Source: Nitrososphaerota archaeon (GTDB lineage: Archaea; Thermoproteota; Nitrososphaeria; Nitrososphaerales; UBA57). From it: DNA of 64,000 nt. The translations under genes were made by a program, and so were the position numbers. The notes beneath the pieces were generated by a model. It was given only the letters and a program-made list of their open reading frames with translations. It did no database searches and was not told the origin of the DNA. Below are positions 46,024-54,763 of the stretch, in pieces. The DNA is taken from NCBI GenBank assembly GCA_024860875.1, contig JACPSZ010000007.1, positions 148,218-212,217 of the forward strand, given 5' to 3'. How positions within the stretch are numbered: the first letter of the stretch is position 1; every line of letters begins with the position of its first letter.

Positions 46024-46758
46024 CTAGTAACCGATCAAAAAGTTATCAAAATACGTCACAGAATCTGCTTTAGTCCGTAGCCCCACAGATCCTATAAGAA
46101 AAGTCGCATCCCTAGCCTCTATGACTCGTTTGCCGTCAAAGTATCCCTCTATTGATTCGCCTACTGCAACTACTGTCAAAGTATGCCAACTGCCTGCGCT
46201 TACCGCCATACTAATTGAAGCTATGATAGAACTTGTGCCTCCTACATACTTGTACAGAACTACATCATTCTCAGTAGCACTCGCCCTGAGCAGATAGTAA
46301 TTTTTTGCATTGTCAAAGCGAAATATGATGCCTCCAGATTGGTCTATAGTGCCTGACACCGTCTTGAAGGATACGCTAACGTTAAGGTCTTTGTATTTTT
46401 CGCCAGTTAGGATTGCTATCGGAAAGTGCACCTGAACTTTTTCGTCGGAGGTTTGAGCTAGAACGTTTGGAGTGCTGGGGGCTGTAGGGTCGTTTTTAAC
46501 TTGCCATTCGCTCCTTGTACCTCCCCCGGTTTTGTCAGCTTTGAGATAAGGCGGAATTGCACCTAGCTGATCGTTATCGAAATTGATAGATTTTTTCTGT
46601 GAGAATGTTGTTGCAACAGGCTTGGGAGCGTTCTGTTGCGGAGGTGCTGCAACTGGAGCTGCAGCTGGGGTTTGACTTGGGGCAGATAGAAACACGAATC
46701 CTGCAGCAGCTACGATTACAACAATCAGAACCGGCAACAGTTTCAGGCTTGTTTTCAA
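46024..46758 (-). CDS. Membrane-anchored protein with DUF1080/LamG-like jelly-roll domain
   Basis: 244 aa with an N-terminal TM helix. The C-terminal pattern GGIIFRFDNAKNYYLLRAS...WHTLTVVAVG..IEGYFDGKRV...G.VGLRT resembles 3-keto-disaccharide-hydrolase-like domains. Confidence 0.5.
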   Translation of the reverse strand: MKTSLKLLPVLIVVIVAAAGFVFLSAPSQTPAAAPVAAPPQQNAPKPVATTFSQKKSINFDNDQLGAIPPYLKADKTGGGTRSEWQVKNDPTAPSTPNVLAQTSDEKVQVHFPIAILTGEKYKDLNVSVSFKTVSGTIDQSGGIIFRFDNAKNYYLLRASATENDVVLYKYVGGTSSIIASISMAVSAGSWHTLTVVAVGESIEGYFDGKRVIEARDATFLIGSVGLRTKADSVTYFDNFLIGY

Positions 46759-46844
46759 TCTCTTGTCATCTCTAGCTGAAGAGCTAAACTCTCTGCTCTA
46801 TAGGTTAAGTGGCTAAATTTAACAGTTGTTATAACATACTTTTG

Positions 46845-47141
46845 CTAAAGGTTGATAGACTCTGCTACCCTTTCGAAGTCTTTTGCGGTAATTGCAGAGA
46901 GCGTAATCCCAGTTGTCCTGCCCTTCGAGCCCGTTATCGCATTGAGCTGAAGTATTGTATCGAGATTGTGTGCTTCAAGTATTGTAACTAGGTCGTAAGC
47001 CCCGCTCGTCACATATTCAGCAACAACTGATATGCCGAGCTTCTTGCACGTTTCCAAGAACTGTGTTCGTCTTGCTCGAAACTGTTTCAGCTCTTTCAAG
47101 CCCTCTGGTGTGAACCTAACAAGGCGGATAAAGTATGCCAT
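46845..47141 (-). CDS. GYD-domain protein
   Basis: 98 aa. MAYFIRLVRFTPEG...TSGAYDLVTILEA fits the GYD family. Confidence 0.7.
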   Translation of the reverse strand: MAYFIRLVRFTPEGLKELKQFRARRTQFLETCKKLGISVVAEYVTSGAYDLVTILEAHNLDTILQLNAITGSKGRTTGITLSAITAKDFERVAESINL

Positions 47142-47193
47142 GCTCGTATTGTTGATGTTGGGGATTATTGAACCTTATAGCTCGCATGTTAGG

Positions 47194-47664
47194 CTAATAT
47201 TGGATGCGCAGGCACCTTTGTTTCTCGTAATACTGTTGGTGGTACTCTTCAGCCTTGTAGAATTCCAAAGCTGGCTCTATTGCAGTCACAATATCCCTCT
47301 TGGACTTGCCCGAGTTCTGCAGTTTCGTCTTTGAAGCCCTGGCAGCAGCCTCCTGATTCTTGTTGTGTACGAATATGGCTGACCTGTATTGTGTACCAAT
47401 ATCTGGTCCCTGCCTGTTCATCGTAGTCGGGTCATGTATAGACCAGAAGACATCAAGTAGCTCTTCATAGGAAAGCTTTGATGGATCGTATTCAACCTGA
47501 ACCACTTCAGCATGGCCAGTCATGTCGGTGCAGACATCCTTGTAAGTTGGATTCTTCAAAGAGCCACCCATGTAACCTACCTTAGTGGATTTTACTCCAT
47601 TCACCTTCATGAACGCATCTTCAACATGCCAGAAACAACCAGCACCAAAAGTAGCTTTTTCCAT
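47194..47664 (-). CDS. msrA: Peptide-methionine (S)-S-oxide reductase
   Basis: 156 aa with the active-site motif GAGCFWHVE. Confidence 0.9.
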   Translation of the reverse strand: MEKATFGAGCFWHVEDAFMKVNGVKSTKVGYMGGSLKNPTYKDVCTDMTGHAEVVQVEYDPSKLSYEELLDVFWSIHDPTTMNRQGPDIGTQYRSAIFVHNKNQEAAARASKTKLQNSGKSKRDIVTAIEPALEFYKAEEYHQQYYEKQRCLRIQY

Positions 47665-47807
47665 TACAGATAATTTCTTCTTTCTGCTAAATTTATGCGT
47701 ATGCCCAAATCATGCTTCGCTAGGTATTATAGGAAATTTTCGACAAGTGGCTATGTTAGTTTCATTCTATAAGAATACTAATATGTATCATATCCCCTTC
47801 TAACATT

Positions 47808-48455
47808 ATGAGGCAGATCATAACTGTCTCAAGGCAGATTGGTACTGATGGCGAGACGGTTGCAAAAAGGGTTGCAGATACCCTCGGTTTTAACTATCTT
47901 GACAGAAGACTTCTGACTGAGCAGGCTCAAAGGCTAGGAATAAATATTTACGAGGCAGAAATCTGCGATATTTCTGAGGACGACTACAGGATAAGAGGGC
48001 TTGCCGAGTCAATATTTTCAGACACAAAAGTGATCACTGTAGTTGAATCTCCATCCATGGGTTCTAGCCTGATTCAGACATCAAGAACTCTTAACGAAGA
48101 AACTTGCATCAACATAGAAGGTACTATTATCAAAGAACTAGCGAAGAGGGGAAGACTGGTTGTAGTCGGAAGAGGTGGACAGGCGTTATTAAAGGACAGA
48201 TCCGACGCACTACACGTAAAAATCATTGCACCAAATGAATACCGGGTCAAGAAATTAATCGCGAGCAGGAAAATTAACGAACAAGAGGCGGCCAGAATCA
48301 TAAAAGATCGAGATACCGCGACGGCTCAATACCTTCGGAGGTTCTATAAGCTAGACTGGGATGACAATGGCTACTATTCTATGATTATCAACATGGCAGG
48401 AGTTTCAGTCGCACAAGCAGTTTCCTGCATCGCTAATTTGGCTCGTTCTGAGTAA
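47808..48455 (+). CDS. Cytidylate-kinase-like family protein
   Basis: 215 aa. The N-terminus IITVSRQIGTDGETVAKRVADTLGFNYLDR is typical of the family. Confidence 0.6.
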   Translation: MRQIITVSRQIGTDGETVAKRVADTLGFNYLDRRLLTEQAQRLGINIYEAEICDISEDDYRIRGLAESIFSDTKVITVVESPSMGSSLIQTSRTLNEETCINIEGTIIKELAKRGRLVVVGRGGQALLKDRSDALHVKIIAPNEYRVKKLIASRKINEQEAARIIKDRDTATAQYLRRFYKLDWDDNGYYSMIINMAGVSVAQAVSCIANLARSE

Positions 48456-48530
48456 AACAGCTATCAAAGAAACGTAGTCGCCATTAGGATAGCGAGAGCC
48501 TTCAACTCTCTTACGCAACAAGCCAAGACT

Positions 48531-49130
48531 CTAAGCTTCTTTAGGCTTTGGTGCTGGCCCCACAAAGATGGCCTCGTTGCTCCAAGCGCCCTTGATGTAG
48601 CCCTTGCTCATGTTGACCATTGGGAGGTAATTGTGGAAGAGCCTTATCGTCTTGCCCAGCCTTATGGTTTGAACTTGCTCTATGCAGCCCTTGCCATGGT
48701 TCTTTTCCATAGCAGGTACTATCTTTGCGTTGAAACCTACGTTAATCTCGTCATCCGTTCTTCCTTCGATTATCATTACTAATGCTGTATGTCCATCGAT
48801 CTCTGCAAGGTGCGATTCGTAGATCATCTCTGTATACACGGTTCTAACATTGGGTTCCTCCTTCACCTCGTTGATTATCTTCTCCTGTGAGATTCCCAGC
48901 TTGAATTTGATGAGATAGACATGCCTTGCAAGCAGCTGCGCCGTGCCTTCGGCGCTCATGTCCAAATTTGTGTAATAGTTTAAAAGACCTTCTTGCTCCA
49001 GTTTCTTCCTCTTCCTGTTGACCGTTCTAACTGATACTCCGGTCTGTTTCCCGATCTGGTTGTCCGAAATTCTAGGATTCCTTATCAGAGTCTTGACAAT
49101 TTTTGCCTCCTGCTCGTCCAATTTGCGCAT
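48531..49130 (-). CDS. Lrp/AsnC-type HTH transcriptional regulator with extended C-terminal domain
   Basis: 199 aa. The N-terminal HTH is LDEQEAKIVKTLIRNPRISDNQIGKQTGVSVRTVNRKRKKLEQEGLL. The gene is divergent from the glutamate synthase genes. Confidence 0.65.
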   Translation of the reverse strand: MRKLDEQEAKIVKTLIRNPRISDNQIGKQTGVSVRTVNRKRKKLEQEGLLNYYTNLDMSAEGTAQLLARHVYLIKFKLGISQEKIINEVKEEPNVRTVYTEMIYESHLAEIDGHTALVMIIEGRTDDEINVGFNAKIVPAMEKNHGKGCIEQVQTIRLGKTIRLFHNYLPMVNMSKGYIKGAWSNEAIFVGPAPKPKEA

Positions 49131-49218
49131 ATGTCAATCACTTTTTGCTATGAATTGGACAGATATAGTGCACAAGGGTTATAAATAGTTAATTCTCGTT
49201 GAGAAACTCCGAAACGAC

Positions 49219-51639
49219 TTGGAAAAGGCAGAAGCAAAGGTCGCTGTCCCCCCTCGTACTGGCCTGATAGCATCATATCAGCGTATCCCAGAACGCCTAG
49301 AAAAAGAGTTCTGGAACAAGGACAGGATAGCCCATATCAGAGAGCTTGCCACTACGGCTCATGCGGTTAGATTATTCTCTGATCATTCTGAAAGCTACAG
49401 GGTTCTCGATAGGGTAGCATTCCACAATGTCAACCCGATTGAAGCTGATGAAGAATTTGCGAGGAATAAGAATAACCTTTCTCTAATAAAGGATATTGAT
49501 AGTTCTTCAAAAATTGCCTACGGTAGGATAGACCTGAATGTCCCTCTATACCTCGGAGACATGTCGTTTGGTGCTCTGAGCGGCATTCCGAACATAGCAC
49601 TTGCGCATGCCGCAGACAATACAGGGGTGCTTACGGGCACTGGAGAAGGAGGGCTAAATCCAGAAGTTGCAAAGTGCAAGAGGATTACGGTGCAGTGGGC
49701 TTCGGCACGCTTTGGCGTCGATATCAATGTTCTCAATACTGGCGTGGGAATCGTAATCAAGATAGGACAGGGGGCAAAGCCAGGTATAGGAGGCCATCTG
49801 CCAGGGCCCAAGGTTACGGAACCAATTTCACTAGCAAGGAGGATTCCATCTGGCAGGGATGCAATATCTCCAGCACCCCACCACGACATCTATTCTATTG
49901 AAGATTTGGGGCAGAGAATCTGGGCACTCAAAGAAGCTACCGGCAAGCCGGTGTTTGTCAAGGTAGGCGTGACCAACTACATTCCGTATATAGCATCTGG
50001 AATTGCCAGGATGGGAGCAGACGGCATAATAATGGATGGCCAAGGAGCAGGGACTGGTGCCGCACCCTCCGTCGTTAAGGACAATGTCGGTCTGCCTATA
50101 GACCTCTGCGTCGCGTCTGTTGATAAAGTGCTCAGAGAGCAAGGACTTAGGAAAGGATTTTCCATAATAGCTGCAGGCATGGTCAGCAGTGCCGAGGATT
50201 CTGCAAAGCTCATGGCTCTTGGCGCTGACGTTGTGAGCATAGGTACTGGGGCCCTAATAGGAATGGGCTGCTTAATGGTTCACAAGTGCCATCTTGGCTT
50301 CTGCCCAGCACTGCTTACAAACAAAATTGATCCTAACGCGTTGAGAAAACTCGATCTTGATACAGCCACGAAATGGGTCTCCAACCTTGTCCTCGGCTGG
50401 AAGGAGGAGTTCCAGTTCATACTCAGAGAGCTTGGTTTGAGCAGGGCGGAAGACCTCGTCGGAAGGAGAGACTTTCTGCGAGGATACAGAATGAACGAGG
50501 AGACTGCTAAGGTGCTTGACATAAAGACGGAGAGGGGGAATTATCCTCTAATCGGAACTGCGCCTCCAAGGAAGCAGTACGACGATGAAACCTACTGGAC
50601 TGAAACGAGAAGGGATAACTTGCAGGAATTGGCAGGTACTCAGGGCAAAGGAGCCTCAGAGGCAGTAATATCTAGCATGGGAACAATATCAGCTCCATTC
50701 ATAGGTGATCCCAAGGCAATTTCCGATTGGCTCAGGACTGACGGCGCACAGGTCACAAGGCCAAGCATAGACCCCTATAGAGAAGAAATAGAAACGTCAT
50801 GCTACTTGGCAAGAGGGAAGATCAGGCTTTCCAACCAGATAGTCTTTGCTAGGCTGCCTATGGAGCCCAAGAACGTGCATACGTTATTTGCACAAGGGGT
50901 TTATGCAATGGGCCTGCTCTTTGATGAAGATGATCCGACAAACGAAATTCTGCAGAAGTATGGGAAGCATTTAATCGTAGACGGAAACGAATACCTTGCA
51001 AGGAGAATAGACAATCCTCCAGCAGCGTTTGTCGTAAACTATCCAGGCACTGAAGGTGATTGGGAAGACACGATGAAGAGGCTGAGGAAGAAACACGAGA
51101 AAGTTCCAATCTATGTCAGAGTTCCCGCATCTGAAGAAATAGTTCCGAAAATCGGCCTGATAGCCAGAAAGCCCATTACTGGCATAATAGTAGACTGGGA
51201 CTTTTCCGTAGATGGCTGGAGAACAGACCTTGAAGTTGCGCTCTCGCAGATCGACATGGTGCTCAGAGAGGACAGAGTCGATGATGAACCATTAAGGGCA
51301 TCTCTAGATCTTTTAGCATTTGGAAGTAGGGTCAGAGGTGCTGACGACATCTTCAAACTCGTCGCACTTGGCGCCGATGCAGTTGGCATCAGCAAAACTG
51401 CACTGATAGCACTTGGCTACGAAAGGAGCATGTCCCAGAAGTTCGACCTTGACAAAGCGCAGACACGATTAGAGAACCTGATCTTTGGGTTGCAGAAAGA
51501 AATCAAACTTCTAGCAGGGGCGGCAGGGGTAAGCAGCATATACACGTCAATGGTAGGCAACAGGGAATTGTTGAGGGCTGTAGATCTAGATCCTGGAGTT
51601 AGAAGGAAACTTCGAGTCAAACCTGGAGGCACTCCATGA
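49219..51639 (+). CDS. Archaeal-type glutamate synthase, FMN-binding (GltB2-like) domain protein with a long C-terminal extension
   Basis: 806 aa with a TTG start. Motifs are GDMSFGALS, GTGEGG, IKIGQGAKPGIGGHLPG and IYSIEDL. The C-terminal ~330 aa look like a second, degenerate barrel. Confidence 0.8.
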   Translation: MEKAEAKVAVPPRTGLIASYQRIPERLEKEFWNKDRIAHIRELATTAHAVRLFSDHSESYRVLDRVAFHNVNPIEADEEFARNKNNLSLIKDIDSSSKIAYGRIDLNVPLYLGDMSFGALSGIPNIALAHAADNTGVLTGTGEGGLNPEVAKCKRITVQWASARFGVDINVLNTGVGIVIKIGQGAKPGIGGHLPGPKVTEPISLARRIPSGRDAISPAPHHDIYSIEDLGQRIWALKEATGKPVFVKVGVTNYIPYIASGIARMGADGIIMDGQGAGTGAAPSVVKDNVGLPIDLCVASVDKVLREQGLRKGFSIIAAGMVSSAEDSAKLMALGADVVSIGTGALIGMGCLMVHKCHLGFCPALLTNKIDPNALRKLDLDTATKWVSNLVLGWKEEFQFILRELGLSRAEDLVGRRDFLRGYRMNEETAKVLDIKTERGNYPLIGTAPPRKQYDDETYWTETRRDNLQELAGTQGKGASEAVISSMGTISAPFIGDPKAISDWLRTDGAQVTRPSIDPYREEIETSCYLARGKIRLSNQIVFARLPMEPKNVHTLFAQGVYAMGLLFDEDDPTNEILQKYGKHLIVDGNEYLARRIDNPPAAFVVNYPGTEGDWEDTMKRLRKKHEKVPIYVRVPASEEIVPKIGLIARKPITGIIVDWDFSVDGWRTDLEVALSQIDMVLREDRVDDEPLRASLDLLAFGSRVRGADDIFKLVALGADAVGISKTALIALGYERSMSQKFDLDKAQTRLENLIFGLQKEIKLLAGAAGVSSIYTSMVGNRELLRAVDLDPGVRRKLRVKPGGTP

Positions 51640-53777
51640 TGCTGGACCTCTTCCCAGACACCGACCCCTATGTAAAGGACGACTGCGGTGTATTCGGAGT
51701 CATAAGGAAGAAAAATGCACCGCAAATTCCAAGCAGCGTTGCAGTAAAGGCGATAGAATGCGTAAGGTTCAGGGGTAGCCCCTTCGGAGCTGGCTTCGCA
51801 AACTTCTACGCAAATGGAGGCAAGAAAAACCAATACACCATCAAAGCGTTCGTCGATGGAAAAGAAACTGCCCAGATGATGAAGAAGAGGCTTGAAAGCT
51901 ACAGAGGAATATCAATAGATTCTGAAGATCGAAGAAGTTTCAGTGAAAAGACGTTTGGGATATGGAACGCAAAAGTCGACAGCGCTTCTGACAGGACACT
52001 CGCTCTAGCAGTCAACACCATCAATGCCGAAGTTCTTGCTGAGGGCACGGTAAAGGGAAGGATATTCTCCTTCGGTAAGCATGTTGAGGTTTACAAGGAA
52101 GTCGGCTATCCGATAGACGTTGCCAAGCAGTATGGACTGCTCGAAAAGGAAGCCTTCGGCGATATGTGGATCGCACATACAAGGCAGCCTACAAACTCCC
52201 CCGGCGCATTCCCAATATGGTCGCACCCCTTCGCATCTTTCGAGACAGCAATAGTGCACAATGGAGACATAAGCTCGTTTGGAGCCAACTTACAGTTCCT
52301 GAAGTCTAGAGGAGTAGGCAGCCTCGTAGGCACGGACAGCGAGGTCATAGCGTACATAATTGATCATCTTGTTAGGGTAAAAGGCCTGACGATGCAGCAA
52401 GTAGGTCTGATACTCTCAAACCCCTACGAGCACTATATCGACATAGTTGGGAACGAGGCTCTTGCTGCTAGCGTCAGGAAACTTGCACTCGCGTATAAAG
52501 GGTCGCAGCTAGACGGGCCTTTCACTGTAATAGCGGGATATTGCGATGGAGATGACAACTACATGCTCGGCCTGATTGACAGGTCGAAGTTCAGGCCAAT
52601 TGTGGTTGGAGAAGATGACGAGAGGATATACATGGCAAGCGAAGAATGCCAGATCAGAAGGTTATCTCCTGATGCAAGAGTGTGGACGCCGGAGCCAGGC
52701 CGATATGTATTAGCATCAATGAAAAATGGCATAATAGAAAGCGGAAGGTCTGACAGGGACTATTTCTTCCCGCATCCGGGCTCTGGTTTAGTTTCCATAT
52801 CACAAGAGAGAACTACAATCTCCGAACTTATAGATGCGAACGGGATAGACTACCACGAGCTCAACGAAATAATTCTCAACAGGTTTAGGTCTGGCGAAAA
52901 AGAAGTTCACGTTGTAAACGTCAGTGGTCAGAGATACATGGGAGTCAATATGCCAGTTGGAAGCAAATTGATAATTTACGGAACACCAGGAAACTGCTTG
53001 GGGAATTTCAACAACGGAGGGGAGATTGTAGTCCACGGAAATGGAGAGGATGACATAGGAGATGCAATGTACTCTGGCAGGATTGTGATACACGGTGATG
53101 CTAGAGATGTGCTGGGGCAGGCTCTGCAGGGAGGTTCGATACTTGTAAAGGGAAATGCAGGTAACAGGGCTGTGATACAGATGAGGGAATACAGGGACAG
53201 GCAGCCATACGTCATCATAGGAGGAAGGGTCGATGACTACTTTGGAGAGTACATGGCTGGAGGTGTTGCAGTAGTTCTCGGTCTTGGTGCTCTGGACAAG
53301 GACTATGATGGACAGATGGTTGGAAACTTTGTCGCAACCGGTATGCTAGGAGGGAGGATATACATTAGGGGCAAGGTCCGCAAGGATTCGTTGGGCTTGG
53401 CGCCTCCGAAAATTGATGTTCTAAACTATCTTGAATTTCAGATGATAGAGGGGAGGCTTGAGGCAGAGGTTTTCAAGCGGATATCATTGAAAGACGAGCT
53501 GTCAATGGACTATCTGAAGGCAGAATTGCCAGCAGAACTTGTAGCCAAGGTCGCTAGGTTCTATGAAGGAAAGTATACCCTGCCATTGAGCGTCCAATAC
53601 GGAGAATTAGCAAATGATGATATGGAACTGCTTGAGCCAAAGCTCAGAGAATTCTTCAACGAATTCAAACTTTCAGAGGAGATGCTGCAGAAGGTTCTCG
53701 CATCGAAATTTACCAAGATAACACCCAGAGCCAAAACTCCTGCCCCTGAAGCTCCTCCTCCGCAGGCAGAAGAGTAG
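51636..53777 (+). CDS. Glutamate synthase glutamine-amidotransferase (GltB1-like) domain fused to a GXGXG (GltB3-like) domain
   Basis: 713 aa. The class-II GATase Cys sits in DDCGVFGV (residue 17, implying a propeptide). The C-terminus has GXGXG repeats (GTPGNCLGNFNNGGEIVVHGNGEDDIGDAMYSGRIVIHGDA). It overlaps the upstream gene by 4 nt. Confidence 0.8.
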   Translation: MMLDLFPDTDPYVKDDCGVFGVIRKKNAPQIPSSVAVKAIECVRFRGSPFGAGFANFYANGGKKNQYTIKAFVDGKETAQMMKKRLESYRGISIDSEDRRSFSEKTFGIWNAKVDSASDRTLALAVNTINAEVLAEGTVKGRIFSFGKHVEVYKEVGYPIDVAKQYGLLEKEAFGDMWIAHTRQPTNSPGAFPIWSHPFASFETAIVHNGDISSFGANLQFLKSRGVGSLVGTDSEVIAYIIDHLVRVKGLTMQQVGLILSNPYEHYIDIVGNEALAASVRKLALAYKGSQLDGPFTVIAGYCDGDDNYMLGLIDRSKFRPIVVGEDDERIYMASEECQIRRLSPDARVWTPEPGRYVLASMKNGIIESGRSDRDYFFPHPGSGLVSISQERTTISELIDANGIDYHELNEIILNRFRSGEKEVHVVNVSGQRYMGVNMPVGSKLIIYGTPGNCLGNFNNGGEIVVHGNGEDDIGDAMYSGRIVIHGDARDVLGQALQGGSILVKGNAGNRAVIQMREYRDRQPYVIIGGRVDDYFGEYMAGGVAVVLGLGALDKDYDGQMVGNFVATGMLGGRIYIRGKVRKDSLGLAPPKIDVLNYLEFQMIEGRLEAEVFKRISLKDELSMDYLKAELPAELVAKVARFYEGKYTLPLSVQYGELANDDMELLEPKLREFFNEFKLSEEMLQKVLASKFTKITPRAKTPAPEAPPPQAEE

Positions 53778-54140
53778 CTATCTTTCTCTTATTTTGTCCG
53801 CTAAAGAAACTAACTTCCCATGGTCCTCAATTGCAATTCTTGTCGGCACCGAAACTCGAAGACCTAAAGTACGCAGCAGTGCGAGCAATTCCCCTCCTGA
53901 AATGTAGCCTGAAATAACGCCCTTCTCTATTAGCTCGGCAAGCCTTTCGACTATGACTTTCATTTCTTTCGGGTAAGTACTCTCGCCAGCTTCGAGGACC
54001 TCTACGCCTCTATCAACAAGCCTTGAGACTACGATAGCTCTAGGAGTCTTTGCCTTGGGCTCCGCAGCCTTTGCCATCTTCTTCCTTAACTCTATCATCT
54101 TCTTTGCAGTTAATATGTCAAGGTCTTTGTCAGATTCCAT
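53778..54140 (-). CDS. PDCD5-like double-stranded-DNA-binding protein
   Basis: 120 aa. It has a basic N-terminus, then a pattern resembling the archaeal PDCD5/MTH1615 family (...IEKGVISGYISGGELLALLRTL). Confidence 0.55.
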   Translation of the reverse strand: MESDKDLDILTAKKMIELRKKMAKAAEPKAKTPRAIVVSRLVDRGVEVLEAGESTYPKEMKVIVERLAELIEKGVISGYISGGELLALLRTLGLRVSVPTRIAIEDHGKLVSLADKIRER

Positions 54141-54183
54141 TCGACAGATTACCCTCTACGGCAATAGATAACCATTTTTGAAT

Positions 54184-54720
54184 TTAGGCTTGCTGGATAA
54201 AAAGAACCTCTACAGCTGCACCGAGCAGCAAGAGCAGCGCAATCAGTGCTATGACAAAGACCGTTCGTTTTATTTCTCTTTTAATATTCTTCTTTAAGAT
54301 GCCCTGCGTAAGGTACAGGCTCTGTGTGACACCAGCAGCGTACGCAAGAAACTCGAACCAAAAGAACGGTGTTATGGCAACGACGAGCATTAGAAGAGGA
54401 CCGTAGATGTTTATAGTCACTCCGGTGGCTCCAAATACAGCCCCAGTATTGTACAAGATTATCCCTGCTAGGACAATTCCAATACCAGGAATCGTCATTA
54501 ATAGTGAAGCACGGAAGTTGTTCAGGAATATAGCATCAGTAGAGGGTTTCTGGGGAAGAACCTTCTTTACCTCTCCCAACATTTGCTCAGCTTGGCTTTT
54601 ATCCATAGGAGTAGCAGAGCCAATGAATGCTACTCCGAGCAGGCTTACTAGAACAATCACAAAGACCTTCAGCCAGCTCCTTGTGAAGACTTTTGGCTTT
54701 TCTGGTGTTTGATATTCCAA
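54184..54720 (-). CDS. SpoIIM-like integral membrane protein
   Basis: 178 aa with 4-5 TM helices. The patterns FLNNFRASLLMTIPGIG and FWFEFLAYAAG are present. Confidence 0.5.
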   Translation of the reverse strand: MEYQTPEKPKVFTRSWLKVFVIVLVSLLGVAFIGSATPMDKSQAEQMLGEVKKVLPQKPSTDAIFLNNFRASLLMTIPGIGIVLAGIILYNTGAVFGATGVTINIYGPLLMLVVAITPFFWFEFLAYAAGVTQSLYLTQGILKKNIKREIKRTVFVIALIALLLLLGAAVEVLFIQQA

Positions 54721-54763
54721 GCGTTGTTATGAAAACAGATGAAACTAAAATTCGTTTCTGATC

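Noticed and set aside
49518-50240. Multiple 60-140-aa ORFs antisense to or out of frame within long genes (for example 49518-49889, 49831-50142, 27315-27737, 10507-10953, 36254-36637 and 600-830)
   Set aside because: They are embedded in confidently assigned genes. They have skewed compositions (Ser/Pro/Arg/Cys-rich) typical of shadow frames and contain no recognisable motifs.
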